64,000 nucleotides of DNA from an uncultured Actinomycetota bacterium. Its GTDB lineage: Bacteria; Actinomycetota; Actinomycetes; Actinomycetales; Dermatophilaceae. A program made the position numbers and the translations under genes. Numbering within the stretch: the stretch's first letter is position 1; every line of letters begins with the position of its first letter. Location of the stretch: contig CAWERJ010000022.1 in assembly GCA_963811475.1 (NCBI GenBank), positions 20,087 to 84,086 of the forward strand. The letters run 5' to 3'. The notes beneath the pieces are model-generated. The model worked only from the letters and a program-made list of their open reading frames with translations, was not told the origin of the DNA and ran no database searches. This document shows positions 19,648-33,956 of this stretch, one piece after another.

Positions 19648-21254
19648 TCAGCGGCCCATCACTTGGGGGGTGTACTCCCGAGGGGGAGCGAAGAGATCGG
19701 GTAGCTGGTCCAGGAACGCGCACTCGGTGTTGTGGTAGCTCGCCAGGTCGTCGGCGGGTTCGTCGAGGACCTTGATGTTCTCGGCGCTGGCGGTGAACGG
19801 CGACCAGGGCTCGAGTCCGGGCCCGTTCGGGTCCCCGGTCTTGGCGAAGTTGGTCCAGTACCCGGCCATCCGGGCGGCGAGGGCCTCCTCGTCGGGGCTG
19901 AACTGCGAAGTCCAACCCGTACAGGAGGTCGGGGTCGTGCCACAGGATCGGGTCGTCGAAGAAGTGGGCTGCCCTGGCGGCGATGATGACCGGGTCCGGG
20001 ACGGTGTCGTACACGTGGGTGTACAGGTACCGGTAGACGGGGGCGTGGTTGGCGAGGGCGAGGCGACGCATCGGGCAGGTGTAGACCGCGTCGCGTGACG
20101 GCCGCGATGGTGGCCCAGAACGCCGAGTCATAGGCGTCTACGGGATACAACGCTCGGAGCTGACTGCCGTTCTGTGGGCCCTACCAGCCCGTTGGTGTCC
20201 CGGTACCGGTCTTGGCGGCCTGTACGTGATCACCCGGGGGCAGGATGCCGTCCCCAGCGAACCAGAACGCGGCCTCCTCACGGTTGGAGCCGACCAACAT
20301 CGGCACCGCGGCGCTGCCGGAGCCGAACGCGTCCAGGGGCGACTGCGGGAGGACCTGGCCGCCCGACCCAGGGCGTCGACGTCATCCGGCCCATGGGCCA
20401 GGACGAGGTCCTCGGCCGGTACGGCGCGGAGACAGCCCACGACGTCGGCGGCATCGGAGCATCCGACGAACCCGGCAAGCTCGGAACCCATGTCCTCGGC
20501 ATCGGCGATCGTGCCTGTGCCGTTTAAGGCCCAGAAGGACTCGGTCTGGGCCGCGAGCCGTGCGAACAGACCCTGCCCGAGCGGGGAGGCGGCGATGGCG
20601 ACCGCGTCGAAGGACCCCGCCGACTCACCGAACAAGGTCACGTTGTCCGGGTCGCCGCCGAACCCGGCGATGTTGTCCTGCACCCAGTGCAACGCTGCGA
20701 TCTGGTCCAGGACGCCGTACTCCCCGGATGAGCCGCCGCCCTCTTCGCTCAGCTCGGGGTGGCCGAGGAAGCCCAAGACCCCCAGCCGGTAGCCCACCGT
20801 CACCACGATCACGCCTCGCTCCACCAACGCGTCGGCATTGCGGTACGGCCGGAAGAAGAAGTTGCTGCCACCGTGCAGGTGCACCATCACCGGCAGATCG
20901 CTCGAGGCTGTCGTGCCGAGGGGGGCGGTCACATTGAGGTACAGGCAGTCCTCGCTGCCTTCCACTGGAGCCTCGATGCCCGGCTGAAGGCACTCCGGCG
21001 CGAAGTCGGTGGCGACCCGCACACCCACCCACGGATCCGGTGGTGCCGGGGGCCGCCACCGCAGGTCGCCCACCGGTGGCGCGGCGTACGGGACGGCCCG
21101 CCACTCCACCACGGCCCCGTCAACGACGCTCCCCACGTCCCCAGCCTGGGTGCTGTACCACCGGGCCGGGCGCAGGACCGGCTTCGGCTCGACCTGGTGC
21201 GAGCACCGCCAAGGCGACACACATGATGGCCGAAACACTCACCGCGCGACGCAT
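19648..21254 (-). CDS. secreted type-B carboxylesterase (several apparent frameshifts)
   Basis: Signal peptide, PYAAPPVGDLRWRPP, SEDCLYLNV, FGGDPDNVTLFGESAG, YWTNFAKTGDPN. Confidence 0.88.
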
Positions 21255-21583
21255 GACGGCTCCCTCTGTCGCTGATCTGGCGACGAGCAGCCGAGCCACC
21301 TGCGTCGCCCAACCCAAAGGTGGACCTGGTGCAGGCGAGCCGTCAAGAAGATCACCCGCCGACTCGCTCAACCGCAGTCCCATCGAACCCGCGGCCGAAG
21401 ACCCTGGTGGCCGAGGAGGGGAGCGACCGCAAGGTCGCGGAAGGACCTGTGTGTGCACAGGTCGGCGGTGGTGAGGGCGGCCATGACGGTCTGCCCTGCC
21501 TCGGCTGCCGGTGGTGTGGTGACCTAGAAACTGCGAGAAGCCCAGTAACGCCCTCCCATCGGCTGGTCGGGAGGGGCATCGAG

Positions 21584-21766
21584 TCAGGCCGCGAGTGATC
21601 TTCCCGCTCGAGGAGCTTGCCGGTCCAGCTGTGCATGCGGGACGAGTAGCCGGTCGCCGATCCGGATCGGGGGACGTTCGCCGCCGGGCTGCGGCTGCGG
21701 TACGCTGAGGTCGCGGCCGATGCGAGAGTGCTGACCGCCGCGCGCGTCGAGGCCGTCCCTGACCAC
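21584..21766 (-). pseudogene. degenerate excisionase-like HTH remnant
   Basis: IGRDL...GE.P.IRIGDRLLVP.A.LDR resembles the HTH_17/Xis C-terminus; adjacent to the tRNA 3' end. Confidence 0.45.
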
Positions 21767-21880
21767 GGTGCGACTGGGGCTCGTGAGCCGGTAGGGTCGG
21801 TGTTAGCAGATCGTTAGCACGGGCGGCATTCGCGAGCGGCGCTCGGCTCTCGGGCGCAGGGCGTTGACCAGTACGAATCG

Positions 21881-21957
21881 TGGTGGGGCGTGTCGGGCTT
21901 GAACCGACGACCGACGGATTATGAGTCCGCTGCTCTGACCGACTGAGCTAACGCCCC
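21881..21957 (-). tRNA. tRNA with CAT anticodon, most likely tRNA-Ile2 (lysidine)
   Basis: GGGGCGTTAGCTCAGTCGGTCAGAGCA-GCGGA-CTCATAA-TCCGT...GGTTCAAGCCC...CGCCCCACCA; lacks initiator features. Confidence 0.93.
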
Positions 21958-22071
21958 GCGTGCCCTGGCCACGACGGCTCCGGGCGCCGCGAGCCTACCG
22001 GCCCGTCGAGGACGCCACCGGCTGCGACGAGCCGTCCACCGGCAGTCTCGTCGACATGGTCTGATGGCCCC

Positions 22072-22620
22072 GTGGCAGAGCTCGTGTGGTCCGACGACCT
22101 CCTCGCCGAGGCCCGCCGCACCCGGGACGACGTGGCAGTCCGACCTCGCCGCAGCCGGCGTGCGGGGTGAGCTGGTCCTCACCGGTGGCCTGAGCATCCC
22201 GGGCGCGCTGACCAAGGGTGACGTCGACCTGCACCTGCGGGTGGAGCCGGCCGCGCTTCGCCGACACCGTCGCTCGGCTCCAGCGTCGGTACCCCGTCGC
22301 CAGTCCGCACGCCTGGGCGCCCACCCTCGCCGTGTTCGACGTGCCGGCGGCCCTTCCCACCGGCCTCGCGGTCACGCCCAGAGGGCTCCGAGCACGACGA
22401 CCGCTTCACGAGCACCTGGCGGGCGCTGCGCGACAGCCCGGACCTGCTGGCGCGCTACAACGACCTGAAGGCGACGAGCGCCGGCACGCCCGGGCTACGA
22501 GCGCCTCAAGTCCGACTTCTTCACCGCCCTGAGCCACGGGCCAGGCGCAGGGTTGATCGACGAGCGAGTGAGCGCGACACCCGTGAGATCACTTGGTGCG
22601 CATGTGGTCGGTGAGGCATG
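22072..22620 (+). CDS. GrpB/UPF0157-like nucleotidyltransferase-fold protein (frameshifted; end approximate)
   Basis: TGGLSIPGALTKGDVDL...LRDSPDLLARYNDLK...YERLKSDFF across frames. Confidence 0.6.
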
Positions 22621-22770
22621 ATGTGACGCACACAACGGCACCGCAGCGTGCCCACAGAGCGAGCCGCACGGCATCCGGTCGGAGACGAACCCGACCACGA
22701 GACCGACAGCAGCCACCACCACGTGCACCGGCGTTGGGGAAGACGTCCCTCGCACGTGAAGGAGGCCAGG

Positions 22771-23286
22771 ATGTCTGTCTCGATGCCGCGTACCGTCACG
22801 CGGGGAGTGGTCTACGTCCACTCGACCCCGAAGGCGCTGTGCCCGCACATCGTCTGGGCCGTCGAGGGAGTGCTCGGCGGCCGCGTCGGCGTGGACTGGA
22901 CCGACCAGCCGGCGGCTCCGGGACTCGTGCGCACCGAGCTCAGCTGGGCCGGCGAGCCCGGGACCGGTGCCCGCCTCGCCTCCGCCCTGCGCGGCTGGGA
23001 GAACCTGCGCTACGAGGTGACCGAGGAGCCGAGCGCCGGCTGCGACGGCTCGCGCTGGTCGCACACCCCACGCCTGGGCATCCACCACACGTGGACCTCG
23101 GCGAACGGTGACGCCGTCGTCAACGAGGACCGCCTGCGCGAGGTCGTCATGCTCGCCCAGGGCAGCCCCGACGCGATGCAGGAGATGCTCGAGGAGCTGC
23201 TCGGCACCGACTGGGACGACGAGCTCGAGGCCTTCCGGTACGCCGGTGACGGCGCGCCGGTGCGCTGGCTGCACAAGGTCGGCTGA
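22771..23286 (+). CDS. DUF3145 family protein
   Basis: TRGVVYVHS.PKALCPH..WA, LRYEVTEEPS, WDDELEAFRYAG; usual position after fabF. Confidence 0.9.
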   Translation: MSVSMPRTVTRGVVYVHSTPKALCPHIVWAVEGVLGGRVGVDWTDQPAAPGLVRTELSWAGEPGTGARLASALRGWENLRYEVTEEPSAGCDGSRWSHTPRLGIHHTWTSANGDAVVNEDRLREVVMLAQGSPDAMQEMLEELLGTDWDDELEAFRYAGDGAPVRWLHKVG

Positions 23287-23315
23287 CGGGCGCTGCACCC
23301 GGCCCGACGGCCCCA

Positions 23316-23361
23316 CGACACGACGACGCCCCCGGGAGGAAGCGGGGGCGTCGTCGTGTCG
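23316..23361. terminator. bidirectional stem-loop between convergent DUF3145 and fabF
   Basis: 19-bp perfect stem CGACACGACGACGCCCCCG / CGGGGGCGTCGTCGTGTCG. Confidence 0.8.
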
Positions 23362-23394
23362 CGCGGGTCGCGCGCGAGGCGGTGGGGCGGCGGC

Positions 23395-24638
23395 TCAGAC
23401 GCTCTTGACGACGAGGGCGACGTTGTGGCCGCCGAAGCCGAAGGAGTTGTTGAGCACCGCGATGTCGCCGTCGGGCAGCGTGCGGTGCTCGCCCCGGACG
23501 ACGTCGAGGTCGATCTTCGGGTCGAAGTCGTCGATGTTGATGGCGGCGGGCGCGACCCGGTGGTGCACGGAGAGCACCGACGAGCAGGCCCTCGAGCGCA
23601 CCGGCCGCACCGAGCAGGTGACCGGTCATCGACTTCGTGGCGCTGACGCACATGTCGTCGGCACCCGCGCCGAAGGCTCGGCGGATGGCGTTGGCCTCGG
23701 CGACGTCGCCGACGGGGGTCGACGTCGCGTGGGCGTTGATGTGGACGATGTCCTTGTCGGTCAGCCCGGCCCGCTCGACCGCCTCGCGCATCGCCCGTGA
23801 CGCGCCGGCGCCCTCGGGCTCGGGCGCGGTGATGTGGTGCGCGTCGGCCGACATGCCGATCGACGCGAACTCGGCGTAGATCCGCGCGCCCGCGGGCGAC
23901 CGCGTGCTCGTACTCCTCGAGCACCATGACCGCAGCACCCTCGCCCATGACGAACCCGTCACGGCCGGTGTCGTACGGGCGCGACGCCGCCTCGATGTCG
24001 TCGTTGCGCGTCGAGAGCGCCTGCATCTGCGCGAATCCGGCGAAGGGCAGCGGGTGGATCGCGGCTTCGGTGCCGCCGGCGACGACGATGTCGGCGCGGC
24101 CGCCACGGATCATGTCGTAGCCGGTGCCCATCGACTCGGCGCCGGAGGCGCACGCGGAGACGGTCGTGTGGGCTCCGGCGCGGGCGCCGAGCTGCAGCGA
24201 GACGTTGCCCGCCGACGTGTTCGGCATGAGCATCGGGACCGACAGCGGGAAGACGCGGCGAACGCCCTTCTCCTTGAGGATGTCCCACTGGTCGAGCAGG
24301 GTCCAGACCCCGCCGATGCCGGTGCCGATCGCGACACCGAGGCGCAGCGGGTCGATCTCGGGCGACCCGGCATCCTCCATCGCCGCGCGCGCGGCGATGA
24401 CCGCGTACTGCGCGCTGGGGTCCATCCGCCGGACCTCGACCTTGGTGAGCACCTCCTCCGGCTTCTGGGCCAGGGTGCACGCGAAGTGCACCGGCAGCTC
24501 GTACCGGTCGAGCCACTCCTGGGGCAGGGGCTTGGCCCCGGACCGCCCCTCGAGGATGCCGTCCCACGTCTCGGCGATGGTCCCGCCGAGGGGGGTGGTG
24601 GCTCCGAGTCCGGTCACGACGACGCGTCGCTCGCTCAT
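23395..24638 (-). CDS. fabF: 3-oxoacyl-ACP synthase II (apparent frameshifts near 23890 and 23580)
   Basis: VVVTGLGATTPLG, SACASG, HINAHATSTPVGD, TKSMTGHLLGA, NSFGFGGHN. Confidence 0.93.
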
Positions 24639-24738
24639 GTGTCCTGGTGCTCCTTGTGGGAAGGGACGTGGGGGATGCCGTGCCACCAGTGTCCGCCTCC
24701 GCCCGCCTGTTGCGCAGGGCGGAGGCGGAACGACGTGG

Positions 24739-24988
24739 TCAGCCCTGGTTCTTGGCGATGAAGCCGACGGCGTCACCGACGGTGCTGAGGTTCTTGACCT
24801 CGTCGTCGGGGATGCGCACGCCGAACTTCTCCTCGGCGTTGACGACGATCGTCATCATCGACAGGGAGTCGATGTCGAGGTCGTCGGTGAATGACTTGTC
24901 CGACTGGACCTCGGCGGGGTCGAGACCCGGTCTCCTCGTTGACGATCTCGGCCAGTCCGGCGAGGATCTCCTGCTCACTGCGTGCCAT
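24739..24988 (-). CDS. acpP: acyl carrier protein (apparent frameshift near 24925)
   Basis: EILAGLAEIVNEETG + FTDDLDIDSLSM (DSL phosphopantetheine site). Confidence 0.93.
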
Positions 24989-25068
24989 GTGCTCTGCTCC
25001 TTCGATCTCTTCTCGGGTGTGCTCTTGCGGGTGGCCCGGGTGACCCGTGGGCCCACGGGAGCTGTGCG

Positions 25069-26088
25069 TCAGGGGATGACGACGACCTGCGCGGCGTACG
25101 TCAACCCGGCGCCGAAGCCGATCTGCAGGGCCAGTCCGCCGCGGGGCACCTCACCGCGACGCACCATCCGCTCCATCGCCAGCGGCACGGAGGCCGCCGA
25201 CGTGTTGCCGGTGTACGCGATGTCGCGGGCGACGGCCACGTCGGCAGGGATCTTCAGCTGCTTGGCCATGGCGTCGACGATGCGCACGTTGGCCTGGTGC
25301 GGGATGAACGCGTCGAGCTGGTCGACGGTGACGCCGGCGGCGTCGAGCGCCTGCTGGGCGACCGGCGCCATGCCCCACACGGCCCAGCGGAAGACCGTCT
25401 GGCCCTGCATGCCGATGTGCGGCCAGCTGAGGCCCTGCTCGTGGACGTCGATCCAGCTCTCGGTCTGCGAGATCGCGTCCCACTTCTCGCCGTCGGAGCC
25501 CCAGATCGTCGGCCCGATGCCGGGGGTCTCGGAGCGGCTGATCACAGCCGCCCCGGCGCCGTCGCCGAAGATGAACGCGGTGCCGCGGTCGTCGCGGCTG
25601 GTGAAGTCGGAGAGCCGCTCGACACCGATCACGAGGACGTGCTCGGCCGTTCCGCCACGCACCATGTCGTTGGCGAGCGCGATGCCGTGGCAGTAGCCGG
25701 CACAGGCGGCCGAGATGTCGAGCGCCATCGCCGTGCTGCCGAACGCCTTCGCGACGAGCGGGGCCGCGCCCGGGGTCTGGTAGGGCCAGCTGACCGTCGC
25801 GACGAGGATCGCGTCGAGGTCGGAGCCCTCGATGCCCGCCATCTCCAGGGCCGGCCGGGCGGCGAACAGCGACATGTCGATGACCGACTCGCCGTCGCCG
25901 GCCCAGCGCCGCTCGATGATGCCGGAGCGCTCGCGGATCCACTCGTCGGAGGAGTCGATCCGCTCGACGATCTCGGAGTTCGGCACGATCCGGCGTGGCC
26001 GGTAGCCGCCGATGCCGGTCATCCGGGCGTGGGGCGTGGGGGTGGCGGAGCGCAGCGCCCCCGCGAAGCCCTTGGAGGTGACGGTCAT
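25069..26088 (-). CDS. fabH: beta-ketoacyl-ACP synthase III
   Basis: DISAACAG, FGDGAGA, HQAN, GNTSAAS, GFGAGL. Confidence 0.95.
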   Translation of the reverse strand: MTVTSKGFAGALRSATPTPHARMTGIGGYRPRRIVPNSEIVERIDSSDEWIRERSGIIERRWAGDGESVIDMSLFAARPALEMAGIEGSDLDAILVATVSWPYQTPGAAPLVAKAFGSTAMALDISAACAGYCHGIALANDMVRGGTAEHVLVIGVERLSDFTSRDDRGTAFIFGDGAGAAVISRSETPGIGPTIWGSDGEKWDAISQTESWIDVHEQGLSWPHIGMQGQTVFRWAVWGMAPVAQQALDAAGVTVDQLDAFIPHQANVRIVDAMAKQLKIPADVAVARDIAYTGNTSAASVPLAMERMVRRGEVPRGGLALQIGFGAGLTYAAQVVVIP

Positions 26089-27026
26089 GCCGAGTGCTCC
26101 TTGATGAGGGTGCGGGCGGCGTCGAGGTCGTCAGGGGTTCGCAGCGCGAGCAGCTCGACGCCCTTGAGCGCGCGCTTGGCGAGCCCGACGAGGGTTCCGG
26201 CCGGTGGCAGCTCGAGGATCGCGGTGGCGCCGAGGGCGGCGAACCGCTCCATGCACAGGTCCCACCGCACCGGGTTGGACACCTGGGCGACGAGCCGCTG
26301 CACGACCTCGCGCCCGTCGGCGACGACGGCCCCGTCGCGGTTGGAGACCAGCGTGACACCCGGGTCGGACACGTCGTGGTCGGTCCACTCGGCCAGGGCC
26401 GCGACCGCGGGCTGCATGTACGAGGTGTGGAAGGCCCCGGCCACCTTGAGCGGGATGACGCGGGCGCGGGCCGGTGGGTCCGCGGCCAGCGAGGCGAGCG
26501 CGTCGAGGGCACCGGCCGCGACGACCTGCCCCGCGCCGTTGACGTTGGCGGCGGTCAGGCCGACCCGGTCGATCGTCGCGAGCACCTCGTCGGGGTCGCC
26601 GCCCAGCACCGCGCTCATCCCGGTGGGGGTCGCGGCACTGGCCTGCGCCATCGCGCGCCCGCGCTGCGCCACGAAGCGCATCGCGTCGGTCTCGGAGAGC
26701 ACGCCGGCGCCGGCAGCGGCGGTGACCTCGCCGACCGAGTGCCCGGCGAGCGCTCCGGTGCCGACCGGTGCCACGGCATCCGCGCCGTCGCCCGCGGACC
26801 CCGAGAGCGCCCGAAGCGCGAGCAGGCCGGCGCCGACGAGCAGGGGCTGCGCGACGGCGGTGTCCTTGATGGTGTCCTCGTCGGACGTCGTGCCGTGGGC
26901 GACGAGGTCGACCTCGGCCGCGTCGGAGAGCACGCCGAGCCGGTCACGCAGGCCGGGGAGCTCGAGCCACGGGCTGAGGAAGCCGGGGGTCTGGGAGCCC
27001 TGGCCGGGGCAGACGAGAACGATCAC
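26085..27026 (-). CDS. fabD: malonyl-CoA:ACP transacylase
   Basis: PGQGSQ, GHSVGE, VAGAFHT. Confidence 0.93.
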   Translation of the reverse strand: MIVLVCPGQGSQTPGFLSPWLELPGLRDRLGVLSDAAEVDLVAHGTTSDEDTIKDTAVAQPLLVGAGLLALRALSGSAGDGADAVAPVGTGALAGHSVGEVTAAAGAGVLSETDAMRFVAQRGRAMAQASAATPTGMSAVLGGDPDEVLATIDRVGLTAANVNGAGQVVAAGALDALASLAADPPARARVIPLKVAGAFHTSYMQPAVAALAEWTDHDVSDPGVTLVSNRDGAVVADGREVVQRLVAQVSNPVRWDLCMERFAALGATAILELPPAGTLVGLAKRALKGVELLALRTPDDLDAARTLIKEHSA

Positions 27027-27122
27027 GGGTCCAGCCTGCCCCGGGCGGCGTGACCTTCTCGTGACAGGGACGGACCAATCTCGCAGGGCGCTTTTGGAGG
27101 GTTCCCCCAAGTCGCGCACGGC

Positions 27123-29806
<2,684 letters not shown>

Positions 29807-29846
29807 GAGGTCCTGCATATGCACAAACCCGCCCGAGCCGCTCGAG

Positions 29847-29894
29847 AGTAGAGAACACGCCGCGCGGCGCGAGGCCGGCGGCGTGTTCTCTACT
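29847..29894 (-). terminator. stem-loop after aceE (GTAG-containing, REP-like)
   Basis: AGTAGAGAACACGCCGC / GCGGCGTGTTCTCTACT 17-bp stem. Confidence 0.7.
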
Positions 29895-29907
29895 TCGAGG
29901 GGCAGAG

Positions 29908-32693
29908 TCAGCTGTCGCCGCCCTCGTTGCCCGAGGAGCCCGCGGTGACGTCGGAGAGCCGGTAGCGGCGCGCCGCCTCGAGCGGGACGGACCGGTCGAC
30001 CTCCCCGCGCTCGGCGAGCGAGTGCAGGGCCCGCACGGCCATCGACGGCCCGTCGATGTGGAAGAAGCGCCGCGCGGCCGGGCGGGTGTCGGAGAACCCG
30101 AACCCGTCGGCGCCGAGCGACGCGAAGTCGCCGGGCACCCACTGCCGGATCTGGTCCTGGACGGCCCGCATGTAGTCGGACACCGCGACGACCGGGCCCG
30201 GCCGGCCGGACAGCTGCCGGGTCACCCACGGCACCGGCGCCTCGGTCTCGGGGTGCAGGAAGGCGGCCTCGTCGCACCGCAGCCCGTCACGGCGCAGCTC
30301 GTTCCACGAGGTCACCGACCACACGTCGGCGACGACGTTCCAGTCGTTGCGCAGGAGCTCCTGGGCCTCGAGCGCCCACGGCATCCCGACGCCCGAGGCG
30401 AGCAGCTGCACGCGCGGCGCGTCGTCGGGCAGCCCCTCGGTCGAGCCCTCGGCGTAGAGGTACATCCCGCGCAGGATCCCCTCGCGGTCGACGTTCTCGG
30501 GCTCGGCCGGCTGCGCCATCGGCTCGTTGTAGACGGTGAGGTAGTAGATGACGTTGCGGTCGGTGTCGGTGAGCGAGTCGTCGGTGCCGTACATCCGGTG
30601 CAGGCCGTCCTGCATGATGTGGGCGATCTCGAAGCCGAAGGCCGGGTCGTAGTGCACGACGGCCGGGTTCGTCGACGCGAGCAGCGGCGAGTGCCCGTCG
30701 GCGTGCTGCAGCCCCTCGCCGGTCAGCGTCGTGCGCCCGGCCGTGGCCCCGATGAGGAAGCCCCGCGTCATCTGGTCGGCCGCGGCCCAGATCGAGTCGC
30801 CCGTGCGCTGGAACCCGAACATCGAGTAGAAGACGTAGACGGGGATCATCGGCTCGCCGTGGGTCGCGTAGCTCGACCCGACGGCGGTGAACGCCGCCAC
30901 CGACCCGGCCTCGTTGATCCCGAGGTGGAGGATCTGGCCGTCCTTGGCCTCGCGGTAGGCGAGCATGAGCTCGGCGTCGACGGGCGTGTAGTTCTGCCCG
31001 TGCGGGTTGTAGATCTTGATCGTCGAGAAGAAGCTGTCCATCCCGAAGGTGCGCGCCTCGTCGGGGATGATCGGCACGATCCGCCGGCCGAACTCCTTGT
31101 CGCGCATGAGGTCCTTGAGCAGCCGGACGAACGCCATCGTCGTCGCCACCTGCTGCTTGCCGGAGCCCTTCTTGACCTGGGCGTAGGCCGAGTCGTCGGG
31201 CAGGTGCACCGGCGCGTGCCTCGACGCGGCGCTCCGGCACACCGCCGCCGAGCTTGGCCCGGCGCTCGAGGGCGTACTGGATGACCTCGTCGTCGGCGCC
31301 CGGGTGGTAGTACGGCGCGTTGTACGGGTCCTTCTCGAGGTGCTCGTCGCTGATCGGCAGCTGGAGGCTGTCGCGGAAGTACTTGAGGTCCTCGAGGGTG
31401 AACTTCTTCATCTGGTGGGTCGCGTTGCGCCCGGCGAAGGTCGTGCCGAGGCCGTAGCCCTTGATCGTCTTGGCGAGGATGACGGTCGGCTGGCCGGTGT
31501 GCCCGAGCGCGGCCTTGTAGGCGGCGTAGACCTTGCGGTAGTCGTGGCCGCCGCGCTTGAGGTTCCACCAGATGTCGTCGTCGGACCAGTCGGCCACCAT
31601 CTTGCGGGTGCGGGGGTCGCGGTCGAAGAACTTCTCGCGCACGTGCTTGCCGTCGTTGGCGCGGAAGGTCTGGTAGTCGCCGTCGGACGTGGAGTTCATC
31701 AGGTGCACGAGCGCGCCGTCGCCGTCGGCGGCGAGCAGCGGGTCCCAGCCGCGGCCCCAGATGACCTTGATGACGTTCCAGCCGGCGCCGCGGAAGAACG
31801 CCTCGAGCTCCTGGATGATCTTGCCGTTGCCGCGCACGGGGCCGTCGAGGCGCTGGAGGTTGCAGTTGACGACGAAGGTGAGGTTGTCGAGCTCCTCGCC
31901 GGCCGCGAGCTGCAGCAGGCCGCGCGACTCGGGCTCGTCCATCTCGCCGTCGCCGAGGAACGCCCACACGTGCTGGTCGCTGGTGTCCTTGATGCCCGCG
32001 GTTGTGCAGGTACTTGTTGAACTGCGCCTGGTAGATGGCGTTCATCGGGCCGATGCCCATCGACACCGTCGGGAACTCCCAGAAGTCGGGCATCAGCCGC
32101 GGGTGCGGGTACGAGGGCACCGCAGCGGCGAGCCGTCGACGAGGTGCGACTTCTCCTGGCGGAAGCCGTCGAGCCGGTCCTCGGACAGCCGGCCCTCGAG
32201 GAACGCGCGGGCGTACATGCCGGGCGACGCGTGACCCTGGAAGAAGACCTGGTCGCCGCCGCCGGGGTGGTCCTTGCCGCGGAAGAAGTGGTTGAAGCCG
32301 ACCTCGTAGAGAGTCGCCGCGGAGGCGTAGGTCGAGATGTGGCCGCCGACCCCGATGCCCGGTCGCTGCGCGCGGTGGACGATCATCGCGGCGTTCCAGC
32401 GCAGGTACGCGCGGAACCGGCGCTCGACCTCCTCGTCGCCGGGGAACCACGGCTCCTGCTCGGGGCTGATCGTGTTGACGTAGTCGGTCGTCGTCAGCGA
32501 CGGGCACGCCGACCTGCTCCGCGCGCGCCCGCTCGAGCATCCGCAGCATGAGGTAGCGGGCCCGCATCCGACCGGGGCCGTCGATGACCGCGTCGAGGCT
32601 GTCGAGCCACTCCTGGGTCTCGGCCGGGTCGATGTCCGGCAGGTGCGTCGGGATGCCGTTGAGGATGGGGCCGACGTCTTCGCGGGAGGCCAC
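29908..32693 (-). CDS. aceE: pyruvate dehydrogenase E1, homodimeric type (several apparent frameshifts)
   Basis: [47 protein letters not shown]. Confidence 0.95.
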
Positions 32694-32821
32694 GCGCTCG
32701 TCCTTTCGCCGATCACGGATCGCGCCCTGGAGGGACGCGTCCTCCCATCTTTCACCCGATCCGCGCCGGTGTCCCAATCGCGTTCACGCTACTGGTCGGT
32801 ATGCCTCGGGCGGGCCGCTGA

Positions 32822-33652
32822 TCAGGTCGTCAACCGGTCGCCGCGGCTGTACACCGACAGGTGCGGCGGGCGGGCGAACGCGACGAGGGTGATGCCGGCC
32901 TCGGCCGCGAGCGCGACGGCCAGCGAGCTCGGCGCACCGACCGCGACGACGACCGGGATGCCGGCCACGCTCGCCTTCTGCACGATCTCGAAGCTCGCCC
33001 GGGCGCTGACGACGAGCAGGGTGCCGGCGAGCGGCAGCTCCCGGCTCCGCGCCAGGGCACCCACGACCTTGTCGACGGCGTTGTGCCGCCCGACGTCCTC
33101 GCGGACCTCGAGCAGCTCGCCCTCGGGGGTCGCGATCGCCGCGGCGTGCACGCCGCCGGTCCGGTCGAACACCGGCTGGCGGGCGCGCAGCGCCTCGGGC
33201 AGGGCGACGACGACGGCGGGGGAGACGGCCACGGGGTCGTCGGCGACCGCAAACCGGCTGCTCGTGCGGACGGCCTCGATGGACGCGGACCCGCAGATGC
33301 CGCACGCGCTCGACATCGTCTCCGTGCGCTCGCGTGCCGGGCGGTGCAGCGCCACGCCCGGCGCCAGGGTCACCTCGACGACGTTGAACGTGGGGGAGCC
33401 CGTCTCGTCGACGTCGGTGCAGTGCATGAGGGTGGCCACCTCACCGGCCGCGTGGAGCAGGCCCTCGGTGAGGAGGTGGCCGATGGCGAGGTCGAAGTCG
33501 TCACCGGGCGTGCGCATCGTCGTCGTCAGGGGGGTGGCACCGACCCGGATCTCGAGCGGCTCCTCGACGGCGACCGTGTCGGTGCGCTCGACCCGGTCAC
33601 CGCTCGCGACGTCGAGCCGCGTGCGACGCACCCGTGTCGTGACCCGGCCCAT
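32822..33652 (-). CDS. fdhD: formate dehydrogenase accessory sulfurtransferase
   Basis: AVEEPLEI, MRTPG, SACGICG, TGGVHAA, EDVGRHNAVDK. Confidence 0.93.
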   Translation of the reverse strand: MGRVTTRVRRTRLDVASGDRVERTDTVAVEEPLEIRVGATPLTTTMRTPGDDFDLAIGHLLTEGLLHAAGEVATLMHCTDVDETGSPTFNVVEVTLAPGVALHRPARERTETMSSACGICGSASIEAVRTSSRFAVADDPVAVSPAVVVALPEALRARQPVFDRTGGVHAAAIATPEGELLEVREDVGRHNAVDKVVGALARSRELPLAGTLLVVSARASFEIVQKASVAGIPVVVAVGAPSSLAVALAAEAGITLVAFARPPHLSVYSRGDRLTT

Positions 33653-33748
33653 GCCGTCATCCAAACACACCCGGCCGATCGGTCACCGGCGTTGCAGGGA
33701 GCGGAACGCGGCAGGCGCGGCGGCCCGTTCCCGGCATACCGCCCGGCC

Positions 33749-33942
33749 ATGAGCGCCAACCCGGAGATCGGCCTGGCCGTCGACGTCGACGGCATCGCGA
33801 CGACCTACCACCGGGCCGGGTCCGGACCCGTCGTGATCCTCGTGCACGGCTCCGGCCCCGGGGTGTCGGCGTTCGCGGCCACTGGACCCAGATCGAGCAC
33901 GCCGACGAGTTCAACCGGCTGGTCGGCGACTTCCTCGCCTGA
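33749..33942 (+). pseudogene. meta-cleavage-product (alpha/beta) hydrolase remnant with large internal deletion
   Basis: MSANPEIG...LVHGSGPGVSAFA fused out of frame to GHWTQIEHADEFNRLVGDFLA-stop. Confidence 0.75.
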
Positions 33943-33956
33943 GGCAGACTGGGGTC

